DNA of 64,000 nt from positions 105,286 to 169,285 of the forward strand of contig JAJPKR010000016.1 in assembly GCA_021323595.1 (NCBI GenBank), given 5' to 3'. Each line of letters starts with the position of its first letter. The stretch's first letter is position 1. A program made the position numbers and the translations under genes. The notes beneath the pieces were generated by a model. It was not told where the DNA came from and made no database searches. It was given only the letters and a program-made list of their open reading frames with translations. Origin of the DNA: Terriglobia bacterium. Lineage in GTDB: Bacteria > Acidobacteriota > Terriglobia > Terriglobales > SCQP01. Shown piece after piece: positions 64,000 through 64,000 of the stretch.

Positions 64000-64000
64000 A

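Overview
This is a high-GC (roughly two-thirds G+C by eye), gene-dense bacterial chromosomal window. I support about 60 protein-coding genes and one tRNA. I found no rRNA, CRISPR array, transposase or integrase. The gene content (a giant TPR/FG-GAP/ASPIC-UnbV protein, several prepilin-type proteins, a DUF5916-like protein, an ECF sigma/ZAS anti-sigma pair) suggests an Acidobacteriota-like soil bacterium; that is a low-confidence inference. Recognisable blocks, in order: (1) a homogentisate/tyrosine degradation cluster hppD-hmgA-X-fahA, where X is an uncharacterised gene; (2) an epimerase, ychF, the ECF sigma/anti-sigma pair, a Zn-ADH and a DPP-IV-like peptidase; (3) phzF, murJ, glycolate oxidase glcDEF, a divergent glycerate 2-kinase and an orphan REC protein; (4) an LmbE-type deacetylase, the giant CRTAC1-like protein, a LytTR regulator, a fused E1 alpha/beta dehydrogenase and msrB; (5) a PQQ-like propeller fused to cytochrome c; (6) psd, pssA, an asd-like gene, lptE-like and holA; (7) glyA, an SSS transporter, and an ABC-2 transporter with a TPR-like protein; (8) two paralogous type IV pilin-like genes flanking a vapBC module; (9) nrdR, an M50 protease and mobA; (10) a TolC-RND-MFP efflux operon, an MFS transporter and a Spy/CpxP-like protein; (11) tRNA-Lys(UUU); (12) an O-methyltransferase, a Tat-signal sugar-phosphate isomerase-like protein, a zinc-ribbon mini-gene with a hypothetical partner, a beta-barrel OMP, a LuxR regulator and a DUF5916-like gene that is open at the window end. 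Many long ORFs in the supplied track are GC-rich antisense or shadow ORFs and were discarded. No single overwhelming novel system is evident. The most interesting candidates are: the unknown gene in the position where maleylacetoacetate isomerase is expected; the pilin-vapBC-pilin locus with sigma-54-like promoters; a 740-nt hairpin-rich noncoding gap; an AT-rich tract plus terminator that may define a small RNA; an unannotated CxxC..CxxC mini-gene operon; a triple direct repeat in an ABC transporter leader; a 22-nt palindromic repeat present twice; an ASD paralogue lacking the catalytic Cys; and several gene remnants. All functional calls rest on motif recognition by eye. No database search was run.
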